Part shown: one piece after another, positions 1-12,138 of the stretch
Layout: each line of letters opens with the position of its first letter
Position numbering within the stretch: position 1 is the stretch's first letter
NCBI GenBank assembly: GCA_964019425.1
Contig: OZ025789.1
Span: 372,001-436,000 of the forward strand
Direction of reading: 5' to 3'
DNA length: 64,000 nucleotides
DNA from: Flectonema sp. DT1601
Lineage: Eukaryota
Program-made: the position numbers and the translations under genes
Notes under the pieces: generated by a model
Told to the model about the DNA's origin: nothing
Databases searched by the model: none
Seen by the model: only the letters and a program-made list of their open reading frames with translations

Positions 1-350
1 AAAAAAAACAATCAGTTTAGCGTCTTGACCAGGACGGAAAATAGAAAGTAATCGACATAGTCGATCGATAAAAAAACAATGATAACATTGTTTATTCTTT
101 TTTTTATTTTAAATTCTTTTTATTTATTCTTTAAAGAAAAGAAACGGAAAATAGAAATTAGTCGACAAAGTCGAACGATAAAAAAAAACAATGATAACAT
201 TGTTTATTCTTTTTTTTTTTTTTTTTTATATTCTTTTTATTAATTTTTTAAAAAAAAAAAAAAACAATCAGTTTAGCGTCTTGACCAGGACGGAAAACTG
301 GAAGTAATCGACATAGTCGATCGATAAAAAAAACAATGATAACATTGTTT
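1..350 (+). repeat. Satellite array (same ~115+115 bp dimer as 2738-10727)
   Basis: Contains caatcagtttagcgtcttgaccaggacggaaaatag...aacaatgataacattgtttattc units. Confidence 0.95.
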
Positions 351-650
351 CATCTTTTATATTTTTTAAATTTGAAGAAAAGAAAGAAGAAAAAAAAAAA
401 AAAAAAACAAGCGGAATTGATCATAATGGGTGACAGGGGTTGATACAACTTCATTTGAAAATTCTTCTTTTTTAATTTCTTTTTTTTTGAAATTTTTTTT
501 TTTTATTTAACAGGAGTTAAGATCACTTACATGAGTTAACACAACACAGATACGAGAGTAGCAAACTGAGGTAACACTACCAATTCAACAAAAAATAATC
601 AGGATCGGACACAAGGAGGAGAGTTCATTCTACCTCTCACTGTCATTTCT

Positions 651-745
651 GGTATCTTAAGTGTCTTGGTATCTCTTTTGTGTCGGTATCTCGGAAGTGC
701 TGGTATCTCGTATGTGCGTTGGTATCTCTTGCGTGTTGGTATCTC
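651..745 (+). repeat. GGTATCT(C) motif array with ~17-bp period
   Basis: Motif starts at 651, 668, 685, 702, 721 and 738 with variable spacers. A second copy lies at ~10870-10965. Confidence 0.9.
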
Positions 746-1578
746 TTGCACATAAGAAAAAATATTGAGTTAACATGATCAGTTTTATTTAAAATTAAAG
801 ACAGACCGGAACTATTTGAAAATAAAATGTAGATGGGAAACAGTGAAAATTAAAATGAATGATAAAATTAAATGAGATTTATGACATAACAGACCAGATA
901 GAGAGTAATAAAGAGAAAAAGGAAAACGGAAAGGGTTCATTCACTTAGTTAAAGTTAAGACCGATTAGTCAGTTTAAGGTCTTGACTAGGACCAACAAAA
1001 AAAAAAAAAATAAATAAATAAATAAATAAATAACGATCAAGCAGAGCTGATCTTGTTTTTATTAAAATAAGGGGAGCGGGAGGGATGGAAGGAATAAAGG
1101 AAAGAAAAAGAAAAGGTCGATCAATTGGATCTGGTCGTCGAGAAGAAGAAGACAATTATTTTAAAGGTCGATCGGCATAGCCGATCATTGAGAAAAATAA
1201 CCAGATATAAATACAATCAGTTTAAATAAAAAAAAAAATAAATAAATAAATAAAAAAAGTTTAACGATCAAGCTGAGCTGATCTTGTTTTTATTAAAATA
1301 AGGGGAGCGGGAGGGATGGAAGGAATAAAGGAAAAAAAAAGAAAAGGTCGATCAATTGGATCTGATCGTCGAGAAGAAGAAAACAATTATTTTTAAAAAA
1401 AATGATCGGTATAGCCGATCGTTGAGAAAAGAACAGATATAAATACAATCGGTTTTGGTGATCGACGAGTGGAGCGATCACTTGACAAGAGGGAAAAAAA
1501 GAAAGGACCGATTAATTGGGGCTTTGGTTGTATTCCCAAGGCATGTTTTTTTTTTTTTTTTTTTTTATTATTCATTTA

Positions 1579-1613
<35 letters not shown>

Positions 1614-2093
1614 TAATCACATTTTGTTCAAAAATATTTCATATTAGAGTAAAAGAAAAAGAAAAAAAGAAATAAGAGAAAAAAAAAAAAAACCATTGCT
1701 GGCCCCCTCACCACTCATAGAGGATGAGGAGGCCAGTAAGGCGTCACTCAAATCTATGCCAAGCCTTGGGAACTTGGATTGGGGTTTAGACCATTTACAA
1801 TTAACAGTTGACAATTAACCTGATTAACGTTATGATCTAACGGACATAAACATATCGACAAAATAATACAAATAAATAAATACTAATAGAAACTAGAACT
1901 TAGCAATCGTCATCTAAAAAGATTCTTCTGCGATCATGAAAGTTCGTTGAGGTTGGAGTTCGCTTTTTTTTTTTTTTGATAAGCGCTCAAACCAATTACA
2001 ATTAACAATTAATCTGATTGACGTTATGATCGGACAGACATAAACATATCGACAAAATAATACAAATAATTTAATACTAATAGAAACTAGAAC

Positions 2094-2342
2094 TTAGCAA
2101 TCGTCATCTAAAAAGATTCTTCTGCGATCATGAGGATTCGTTGAGGGTGGAGTTCGCTTTTTTTGTGATAGGCGCTCCCTCGGACGCTTTGGGGTCTCAT
2201 TTTCTTCTTGCGCTTCCTTTTCGGGTGGGTTAAAACCATTTGCCCATGTTTGTAACTGAAATTTGAGAGCTCTGTTTTGGTCTTTTGCCAAATAGAGTTG
2301 CTCAGAGAGCTCACTGGCCATCTCCATCAACGAAAAAATTCG
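2094..2342 (-). pseudogene. Displaced C-terminal ~82 codons of the copy A RT-RLE ORF
   Basis: RIFSLMEMASELSEQ... joins gaplessly to ...HKEQEQ (18434) when aligned with copy B HAEQLEQSMMLTGLASDL. Confidence 0.75.
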
Positions 2343-2682
2343 ATAGAGTGGGAAGTAACGGACTGGGAGCTTTTGGCTCCTGCCCTATTCCCGATGTAAA
2401 CTTTCTTTTTATTTTTTTTTTTTTTTTAACAGGCCCAGAGGGCGACAATGACTGTTGCTGACCAAGGAATAATATTCAAATGAATTTTCGTTTCAAAGAA
2501 ACGAACAGAATTAAGAGAGAGGCAGAGAAAAAAAAAAAAAAAAGAAAGAAAAGAAAAAAAAAAATATGAAGAGGAAATAATCAAACATGAAAAAAAAAAA
2601 AAAAAAAAAAAAAGACCAGAAAAGGAAAGAGAAAATGAAAAGGTATAATATTATTGTGGGGATATGAGGATAGCAGGGAGAT

Positions 2683-2718
<36 letters not shown>

Positions 2719-2737
2719 TTATTATTTAAAAAAAGGA

Positions 2738-5700
2738 AACAATCAGTTTAGCGTCTCGATCGGGACGGAAAATAGAAATTAATCGACATAGTCGATCGAT
2801 AGAAAACAAAACAATGATAACATTGTTTATTCATTTTTTTTTTTTTTTTTTTTTTTTAAATCCTTTTAATTATTTTAAAGAAAAAACAATCAGTTTAGCG
2901 TCTTGACCAGGACGGAAAATAGAAAGTGATCGACATAGTCGATCGATAAAAAAACAATGATAACATTGTTTATTCTTTTTTTTTTTTTTTTTTTAAATTC
3001 TTATTATTTATTTTTTAAAGAAAAAAAAACGGAAAATAAAAATTAGTCGACAAAGTCGAACGATAAAAAAAAAAAAAAACAATGATAACATTGTTTATTC
3101 TTTTTTTTTTTTTTTTTTTTTTTTTATATTCTTTTTTATTAATTTTGAAAAAAAAAACAATCAGTTTAGCGTCTTGACCAGGACGGAAAATAGAAAGTAA
3201 TCGACATAGTCGATCGATAAAAAAACAATGATAACATTGTTTAATCTTTTTTTTTTTAATTTTTTTTTATTTATTTTTTAAAGAAAAAAAAAACGGAAAA
3301 TAGAAATTAGTCGACAAAGTCGAACGATAAAAAAACAATGATAACATTGTTTATTCTTTTTTTTTTATTTTTTTTATATTTTTTTTTTTAATTAATTTTG
3401 AAAAAAAAAACAATCAGTTTAGCGTCTTGACCAGGACGGAAAATAGAAAGCGATCGACATAGTCGATCGATAAGAAAACAATGATAACATTGTTTATTCT
3501 TTTTATTATTTTAAATTCTTTTTATTTATTTTTTAAAGAAAAAAAAACGGAAAATAGAAATTAGTCGACAAAGTCGAACGATAAAAAAAAACAATGATAA
3601 CATTGTTTATTCTTTTTTTTGTATTTTTTTTATATTCTTTTTTATTAATTTTGAGAAAAAAAAAAAACAATCAGTTTAGCGTCTTGACCAGGACGGAAAA
3701 TAGAAAGTGATCGACATAGTCGATCGATAAAAAAAAAAAAAAAAACAATGATAATATTGTTTATTCTTTTTTTTTTTTTTTTTTTTTAAATTCTTTTTAT
3801 TTATTTTTAAAGAAAAAAAATGGAAAATAGAAAATAGTCAACAAAGTCGAACGATAAAAAAAAACAATGATAACATTGTTTATTCTATTTTTTTATTTTT
3901 TTTTTTTTTTTCTATTCTTTTTTATTAATTTTGAAAAAAAAAAAAACAATCAGTTTAGCGTCTTGACCAGGACGGAAAATAGAAAGTAATCGACATAGTC
4001 GATCGATAAAAAAAACAATGATAACATTGTTTATTCTTTTTTTTTTTTTTTTAAATTCTTTTTATTTATTTTTTAAAAAGAAAAAAAACGGAAAATAGAA
4101 ATTAGTCAACAAAGTCGAACGATAAAAAAAAAAACAATGATAACATTGTTTATTCTTTTTTTTTTTTTATTTTTTTATATTCTTTTTTATTAATTTTGAA
4201 AAAAAAAAAACAATCAGTTTAGCGTCTTGACCAGGACGGAAAATAGAAAGTGATCGACATAGTCGATCGATAAAAAAAACAATGATAACATTGTTTATTC
4301 TTTTTTTTTTTATTTTTAAAGAAAAAAAACGGAAAATAGAAATTAGTCGACAAAGTCGAACGATAAAAAAAACAATGATAACATTGTTTATTCTTTTTTT
4401 TATTTTTTTTTTTATATTCTTTTTTATTAATTTTGAAAAAAAAACAATCAGTTTAGCGTCTTGACCAGGACGGAAAATAGAAAGTAATCGACATAGTCGA
4501 TCGATAAAAAAAACAATGATAACATTGTTTATTCTTTTTTTTTATTTTAAATTCTTTTTATTTATTTTTTAAAGAAAAAAACGGAAAATAGAAATTAGTC
4601 GACAAAGTCGAACGATAAAAAAACAATGATAACATTGTTTATTCTTTTTTTTAAATTTTTTTATATTCTTTTTATTAATTTCGAAAAAAAAAACAATCAG
4701 TTTAGCGTCTTGACCAGGACGGAAAATAGAAAGTGATCGACATAGTCGATCGATAAAAAAACAATGATAACATTGTTTATTCTTTTTTTTTATTTTAAAT
4801 TCTTTTTATTTATTTTTTTTTAAAGAAAAGAAACGGAAAATAGAAATTAGTCGACAAAGTCGAACGATAAAAAAACAATGATAACATTGTTTATTCTTTT
4901 TTTTTAATTTTTTTTATATTTTTTTTTTTTAATTAATTTTGAAAAAAAAACAATCAGTTTAGCGTCTTGACCAGGACGGAAAATAGAAAGTGATCGACAT
5001 AGTCGATCGATAAAAAAACAATGATAACATTGTTTATTCTTTTTTTTTATTTTAAATTCTTTTTATTTATTTTTTAAAGAAAAGAAACGGAAAATAGAAA
5101 TTAGTCGACAAAGTCGAACGATAAAAAAACAATGATAACATTGTTTATTCTTTTTTTTTTATTTTTATTTCTTTTTATTTATTAAAAAAAAAAACAATCA
5201 GTTTAGCGTCTTGACCAGGACGGAAAATAGAAAGTGATCGACATAGTCGATCGATAAAAAAACAATGATAACATTGTTTATTCTTTTTTTTTTTTTTTTT
5301 AAATTCTTTTTATTTATTTTTTAAAGAAAAGAAACGGAAAATAGAAATTAGTCGACAAAGTCGAACGATAAAAAAACAATGATAACATTGTTTATTCTTT
5401 TTTTTTAATTTTTTTATATTCTTTTTTATTAATTTCGAAAAAAAAACAATCAGTTTAGCGTCTTGACCAGGACGGAAAATAGAAAGTGATCGACATAGTC
5501 GATCGATAAAAAAACAATGATAACATTGTTTATTCTTTTTTTTTATTTTAAATTCTTTTTATTTATTTTTTAAAGAAAAGAAACGGAAAATAGAAATTAG
5601 TCGACAAAGTCGAACGATAAAAAAACAATGATAACATTGTTTATTCTTTTTTTTTTAATTTTTTTTTTTATATTCTTTTTTATTAATTTCGAAAAAAAAC

Positions 5701-8700
5701 AATCAGTTTAGCGTCTTGACCAGGACGGAAAATAGAAAGTGATCGACATAGTCGATCGATAAAAAAACAATGATAACATTGTTTATTCTTTTTTTTTATT
5801 TTAAATTCTTTTTATTTATTTTTTAAAGAAAAGAAACGGAAAATAGAAATTAGTCGACAAAGTCGAACGATAAAAAAAACAATGATAACATTGTTTATTC
5901 TTTTTTTTTATTTTAAATTCTTTTTATTTATTTTTTAAAGAAAAGAAACGGAAAATAGAAATTAGTCGACAAAGTCGAACGATAAAAAAACAATGATAAC
6001 ATTGTTTATTCTTTTTTTTTATTTTAAATTCTTTTTATTTATTTTTTAAAGAAAAAAAAAACGGAAAATAGAAATTAGTCGACAAAGTCGAACGATAAAA
6101 AAAACAATTATAACATTGTTTATTCTTTTTTTTTATTTTATTTTTATAATCTTTTTTATTAATTTTGAAAAAAAAAAACAATCAGTTTAGCGTCTTGACC
6201 AGGACGGTAAATAGAAAGTAATCGACATAGTCGATCGATAAAAAAAACAATGATAACATTGTTTATTCTTTTTTTTTATTTTAAATTCTTTTTATTTATT
6301 TTTTAAAGAAAAGAAACGGAAAATAGAAATTAGTCGACAAAGTCGAACGATAAAAAAACAATGATAACATTGTTTATTCTTTTTTTTTTATTTTTTTTAT
6401 ATTTTTTTTTTTAATTAATTTTGAAAAAAAAAACAATCAGTTTAGCGTCTTGACCAGGACGGAAAATAGAAAGCGATCGACATAGTCGATCGATAAGAAA
6501 ACAATGATAACATTGTTTATTCTTTTTATTATTTTAAATTCTTTTTATTTATTTTTTAAAGAAAAAAAAACGGAAAATAGAAATTAGTCGACAAAGTCGA
6601 ACGATAAAAAAAAACAATGATAACATTGTTTATTCTTTTTTTTGTATTTTTTTTATATTCTTTTTTATTAATTTTGAGAAAAAAAAAAAACAATCAGTTT
6701 AGCGTCTTGACCAGGACGGAAAATAGAAAGTGATCGACATAGTCGATCGATAAAAAAAAAAAAAAAAACAATGATAATATTGTTTATTCTTTTTTTTTTT
6801 TTTTTTTTTTAAATTCTTTTTATTTATTTTTAAAGAAAAAAAATGGAAAATAGAAAATAGTCAACAAAGTCGAACGATAAAAAAAAACAATGATAACATT
6901 GTTTATTCTATTTTTTTATTTTTTTTTTTTTTTTCTATTCTTTTTTATTAATTTTGAAAAAAAAAAAAACAATCAGTTTAGCGTCTTGACCAGGACGGAA
7001 AATAGAAAGTAATCGACATAGTCGATCGATAAAAAAAACAATGATAACATTGTTTATTCTTTTTTTTTTTTTTTTAAATTCTTTTTATTTATTTTTTAAA
7101 AAGAAAAAAAACGGAAAATAGAAATTAGTCAACAAAGTCGAACGATAAAAAAAAAAACAATGATAACATTGTTTATTCTTTTTTTTTTTTTATTTTTTTA
7201 TATTCTTTTTTATTAATTTTGAAAAAAAAAAAACAATCAGTTTAGCGTCTTGACCAGGACGGAAAATAGAAAGTGATCGACATAGTCGATCGATAAAAAA
7301 AACAATGATAACATTGTTTATTCTTTTTTTTTTTATTTTTAAAGAAAAAAAACGGAAAATAGAAATTAGTCGACAAAGTCGAACGATAAAAAAAACAATG
7401 ATAACATTGTTTATTCTTTTTTTTATTTTTTTTTTTATATTCTTTTTTATTAATTTTGAAAAAAAAACAATCAGTTTAGCGTCTTGACCAGGACGGAAAA
7501 TAGAAAGTAATCGACATAGTCGATCGATAAAAAAAACAATGATAACATTGTTTATTCTTTTTTTTTATTTTAAATTCTTTTTATTTATTTTTTAAAGAAA
7601 AAAACGGAAAATAGAAATTAGTCGACAAAGTCGAACGATAAAAAAAACAATGATAACATTGTTTATTCTTTTTTTTATTTTTTTTTTTATATTCTTTTTT
7701 ATTAATTTTGAAAAAAAAACAATCAGTTTAGCGTCTTGACCAGGACGGAAAATAGAAAGTAATCGACATAGTCGATCGATAAAAAAAACAATGATAACAT
7801 TGTTTATTCTTTTTTTTAAATTTTTTTATATTCTTTTTATTAATTTCGAAAAAAAAAACAATCAGTTTAGCGTCTTGACCAGGACGGAAAATAGAAAGTG
7901 ATCGACATAGTCGATCGATAAAAAAACAATGATAACATTGTTTATTCTTTTTTTTTATTTTAAATTCTTTTTATTTATTTTTTTTTAAAGAAAAGAAACG
8001 GAAAATAGAAATTAGTCGACAAAGTCGAACGATAAAAAAACAATGATAACATTGTTTATTCTTTTTTTTTAATTTTTTTTATATTTTTTTTTTTAAATTA
8101 ATTTTGAAAAAAAAACAATCAGTTTAGCGTCTTGACCAGGACGGAAAATAGAAAGTGATCGACATAGTCGATCGATAAAAAAACAATGATAACATTGTTT
8201 ATTCTTTTTTTTTATTTTAAATTCTTTTTATTTATTTTTTAAAGAAAAGAAACGGAAAATAGAAATTAGTCGACAAAGTCGAACGATAAAAAAACAATGA
8301 TAACATTGTTTATTCTTTTTTTTTTATTTTTATTTCTTTTTATTTATTAAAAAAAAAAACAATCAGTTTAGCGTCTTGACCAGGACGGAAAATAGAAAGT
8401 GATCGACATAGTCGATCGATAAAAAAACAATGATAACATTGTTTATTCTTTTTTTTTTTTTTTTTAAATTCTTTTTATTTATTTTTTAAAGAAAAGAAAC
8501 GGAAAATAGAAATTAGTCGACAAAGTCGAACGATAAAAAAAACAATGATAACATTGTTTATTCTTTTTTTTATTTTTTTTTTTATATTCTTTTTTATTAA
8601 TTTTGAAAAAAAAACAATCAGTTTAGCGTCTTGACCAGGACGGAAAATAGAAAGTAATCGACATAGTCGATCGATAAAAAAAACAATGATAACATTGTTT

Positions 8701-10727
8701 ATTCTTTTTTTTAAATTTTTTTATATTCTTTTTATTAATTTCGAAAAAAAAAACAATCAGTTTAGCGTCTTGACCAGGACGGAAAATAGAAAGTGATCGA
8801 CATAGTCGATCGATAAAAAAACAATGATAACATTGTTTATTCTTTTTTTTTATTTTAAATTCTTTTTATTTATTTTTTTTTAAAGAAAAGAAACGGAAAA
8901 TAGAAATTAGTCGACAAAGTCGAACGATAAAAAAACAATGATAACATTGTTTATTCTTTTTTTTTAATTTTTTTTATATTTTTTTTTTTAAATTAATTTT
9001 GAAAAAAAAACAATCAGTTTAGCGTCTTGACCAGGACGGAAAATAGAAAGTGATCGACATAGTCGATCGATAAAAAAACAATGATAACATTGTTTATTCT
9101 TTTTTTTTATTTTAAATTCTTTTTATTTATTTTTTAAAGAAAAGAAACGGAAAATAGAAATTAGTCGACAAAGTCGAACGATAAAAAAACAATGATAACA
9201 TTGTTTATTCTTTTTTTTTTATTTTTATTTCTTTTTATTTATTAAAAAAAAAAACAATCAGTTTAGCGTCTTGACCAGGACGGAAAATAGAAAGTGATCG
9301 ACATAGTCGATCGATAAAAAAACAATGATAACATTGTTTATTCTTTTTTTTTTTTTTTTTAAATTCTTTTTATTTATTTTTTAAAGAAAAGAAACGGAAA
9401 ATAGAAATTAGTCGACAAAGTCGAACGATAAAAAAACAATGATAACATTGTTTATTCTTTTTTTTTAATTTTTTTATATTCTTTTTTATTAATTTCGAAA
9501 AAAAAACAATCAGTTTAGCGTCTTGACCAGGACGGAAAATAGAAAGTGATCGACATAGTCGATCGATAAAAAAACAATGATAACATTGTTTATTCTTTTT
9601 TTTTATTTTAAATTCTTTTTATTTATTTTTTAAAGAAAAGAAACGGAAAATAGAAATTAGTCGACAAAGTCGAACGATAAAAAAACAATGATAACATTGT
9701 TTATTCTTTTTTTTTTAATTTTTTTTTTTATATTCTTTTTTATTAATTTCGAAAAAAAACAATCAGTTTAGCGTCTTGACCAGGACGGAAAATAGAAAGT
9801 GATCGACATAGTCGATCGATAAAAAAACAATGATAACATTGTTTATTCTTTTTTTTTATTTTAAATTCTTTTTATTTATTTTTTAAAGAAAAGAAACGGA
9901 AAATAGAAATTAGTCGACAAAGTCGAACGATAAAAAAAACAATGATAACATTGTTTATTCTTTTTTTTTATTTTAAATTCTTTTTATTTATTTTTTAAAG
10001 AAAAGAAACGGAAAATAGAAATTAGTCGACAAAGTCGAACGATAAAAAAACAATGATAACATTGTTTATTCTTTTTTTTTATTTTAAATTCTTTTTATTT
10101 ATTTTTTAAAGAAAAAAAAAACGGAAAATAGAAATTAGTCGACAAAGTCGAACGATAAAAAAAACAATGATAACATTGTTTATTCTTTTTTTTTATTTTA
10201 TTTTTATAATCTTTTTTATTAATTTTGAAAAAAAAAAACAATCAGTTTAGCGTCTTGACCAGGACGGTAAATAGAAAGTAATCGACATAGTCGATCGATA
10301 AAAAAAACAATGATAACATTGTTTATTCTTTTTTTTTATTTTAAATTCTTTTTATTTATTTTTTAAAGAAAAGAAACGGAAAATAGAAATTAGTCGACAA
10401 AGTCGAACGATAAAAAAACAATGATAACATTGTTTATTCTTTTTTTTTTTTTTTTTTTTATTTCTTTTTATTTATTAAAAAAAAAAACAATCAGTTTAGC
10501 GTCTTGACCAGGACGGAAAATAGAAAGTGATCGACATAGTCGATCGATAAAAAAAACAATGATAACATTGTTTATTCTTTTTTTTTATTTTAAATTCTTT
10601 TTATTTATTTTTTAAAGAAAAAAACTGAAAATAGAAATTAGTCGACAAAGTCGAACGATAAAAAAAACAATGATAACATTGTTTATTCTTTTTTTTTTTA
10701 TTTTAAATTCTTTTTATTTATTTTTTT
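2738..10727 (+). repeat. ~8-kb satellite with a ~230-240 bp dimeric unit and higher-order (~3.02 kb) duplication
   Basis: Subunit A (…gatcgacatagtcgatcg…) alternates with subunit B (…gtcgacaaagtcgaacg…), with poly-A/poly-T length variation. Variants recur 3023 bp apart (ORFs at 4282/7305; aagcgatcg at ~3449/6472). Confidence 0.97.
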
Positions 10728-12138
10728 AACAGGAGTTAAGATCACTTACATGAGTTAACACAACACAGATACGAGAGTCGCAAACTGAGGTAACACTACC
10801 AATTCAACAAAAAATAATCAGGATCGGACACAAGGAGGAGAGTTCATTCTACCTCTCATTGTCCTTGCTGGTATCTTAAGTGTCTTGGTATCTCTTGTGT
10901 GTCGGTATCTCGGAAGTGCTGGTATCTCGTATGTGCGTTGGTATCTCTTGCGTGTTGGTATCTCTTGCACATAAAAAAAAAAAATATTGAGTTAACATGG
11001 TCAGTTTTATTTAACATTAGAGACAGACCGGAACTATTTGAAAATAAAATGTAGATGGGAAACAGTGAAAATTAAAATGAATGATAAAATTAAATGAGAT
11101 TTATGACATAACAGACCAGATAGAGAGTAATAAAGGGAAAAGGAAAACGGGAAGGGTTCATTCACTTAGTTAAAGTTAAGACCGATTAGTCAGTTTAAGG
11201 TCTTGACTAGGACCAACAAAAAAAAAAAATAAATAAATAAATAAATAACGATCAAGCTGAGCTGATCTTGTTTTTATTAAAATAAGGGGAGCGGGAGGGA
11301 TGGGAGGAATAAAGGAAAAAAAAGAAAAGGTCGATCAATTGGGTCTGATCGTCGAGAAGAAGAAGACAATTATTTTAAAGGTCGATCGGCATAGCCGATC
11401 GTTGAGAAAAAATAACCAGATATAAATACAATCAGTTTAAATTTAAAAAAAAAAAAAAAAGATTAACGATCAAGCTGAGCTGATCTTGTTTTTATTAAAA
11501 TAAGGGGAGCGGGAGGGATGGAAGGAATAAAGGAAAAAAAAAAAAAGGTCGATCAATTGGATCTGATCGTCGAGAAGAAGAAAACAATTATTTTAAAAAA
11601 ATGATCGGTATAGCCGATCGTTGAGAAAAGAACAGATATAAATACAATCGGTTTTGGTGATCGACGAGTGGAGCGATCACTTGACAAGAAGGAAAAAAAA
11701 GAAAGGACCGATTAATTGGGGCTTTGGTTGTATTCCCAAGGCATGTTTTTTTTTTTTTTTATTATTCATTTACATTATTTTTTTTTTTTTTTTTTTTAAA
11801 TTAATAATCACATTTTGTTCAAAAATATTTCATATTAGAGTAAAAGAAAAAGAAAAAAAAAGAGATAAGAGAAAAAAAAAAAAACCATTGCTGGCCCCCT
11901 CACCACTCATAGAGGATGAGGAGGCCAGTAAGGCGTCACTCAAAAACTATGCCAAGCCTTGGGAACTTGGATTGGGGTTTAGACCATTTACAATTAACAA
12001 TTAACAATTAATCTGATTAACGTTATGATCTGACGGACATAAACATATCGACAAAATATTACAAACAAAACGAACAATAAATAATAAATAAGCTAATAAA
12101 CTAAATAAACAAAGTGATGTGAAAGTAAGGAAAAAGAA

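Larger units (their letters stand above)
1..2342 (-). mobile_element. RLE non-LTR retrotransposon copy A, 3' portion (ORF C-terminus, 3' UTR, start of satellite; continues beyond the left edge)
   Basis: 508-1870 is near-identical to 10728-12065 downstream of the copy B ORF. 2094-2342 encodes a homologue of the copy B C-terminus (ALKFQLQTWANG vs ALKFQLASWAEG; KKRTPPS in both). Satellite occupies 1-350. Confidence 0.8.

Noticed and set aside
2738..10727. CRISPR array
   Set aside because: Spacers are homopolymer variants rather than unique sequences, there are no cas genes, and the context is eukaryotic.
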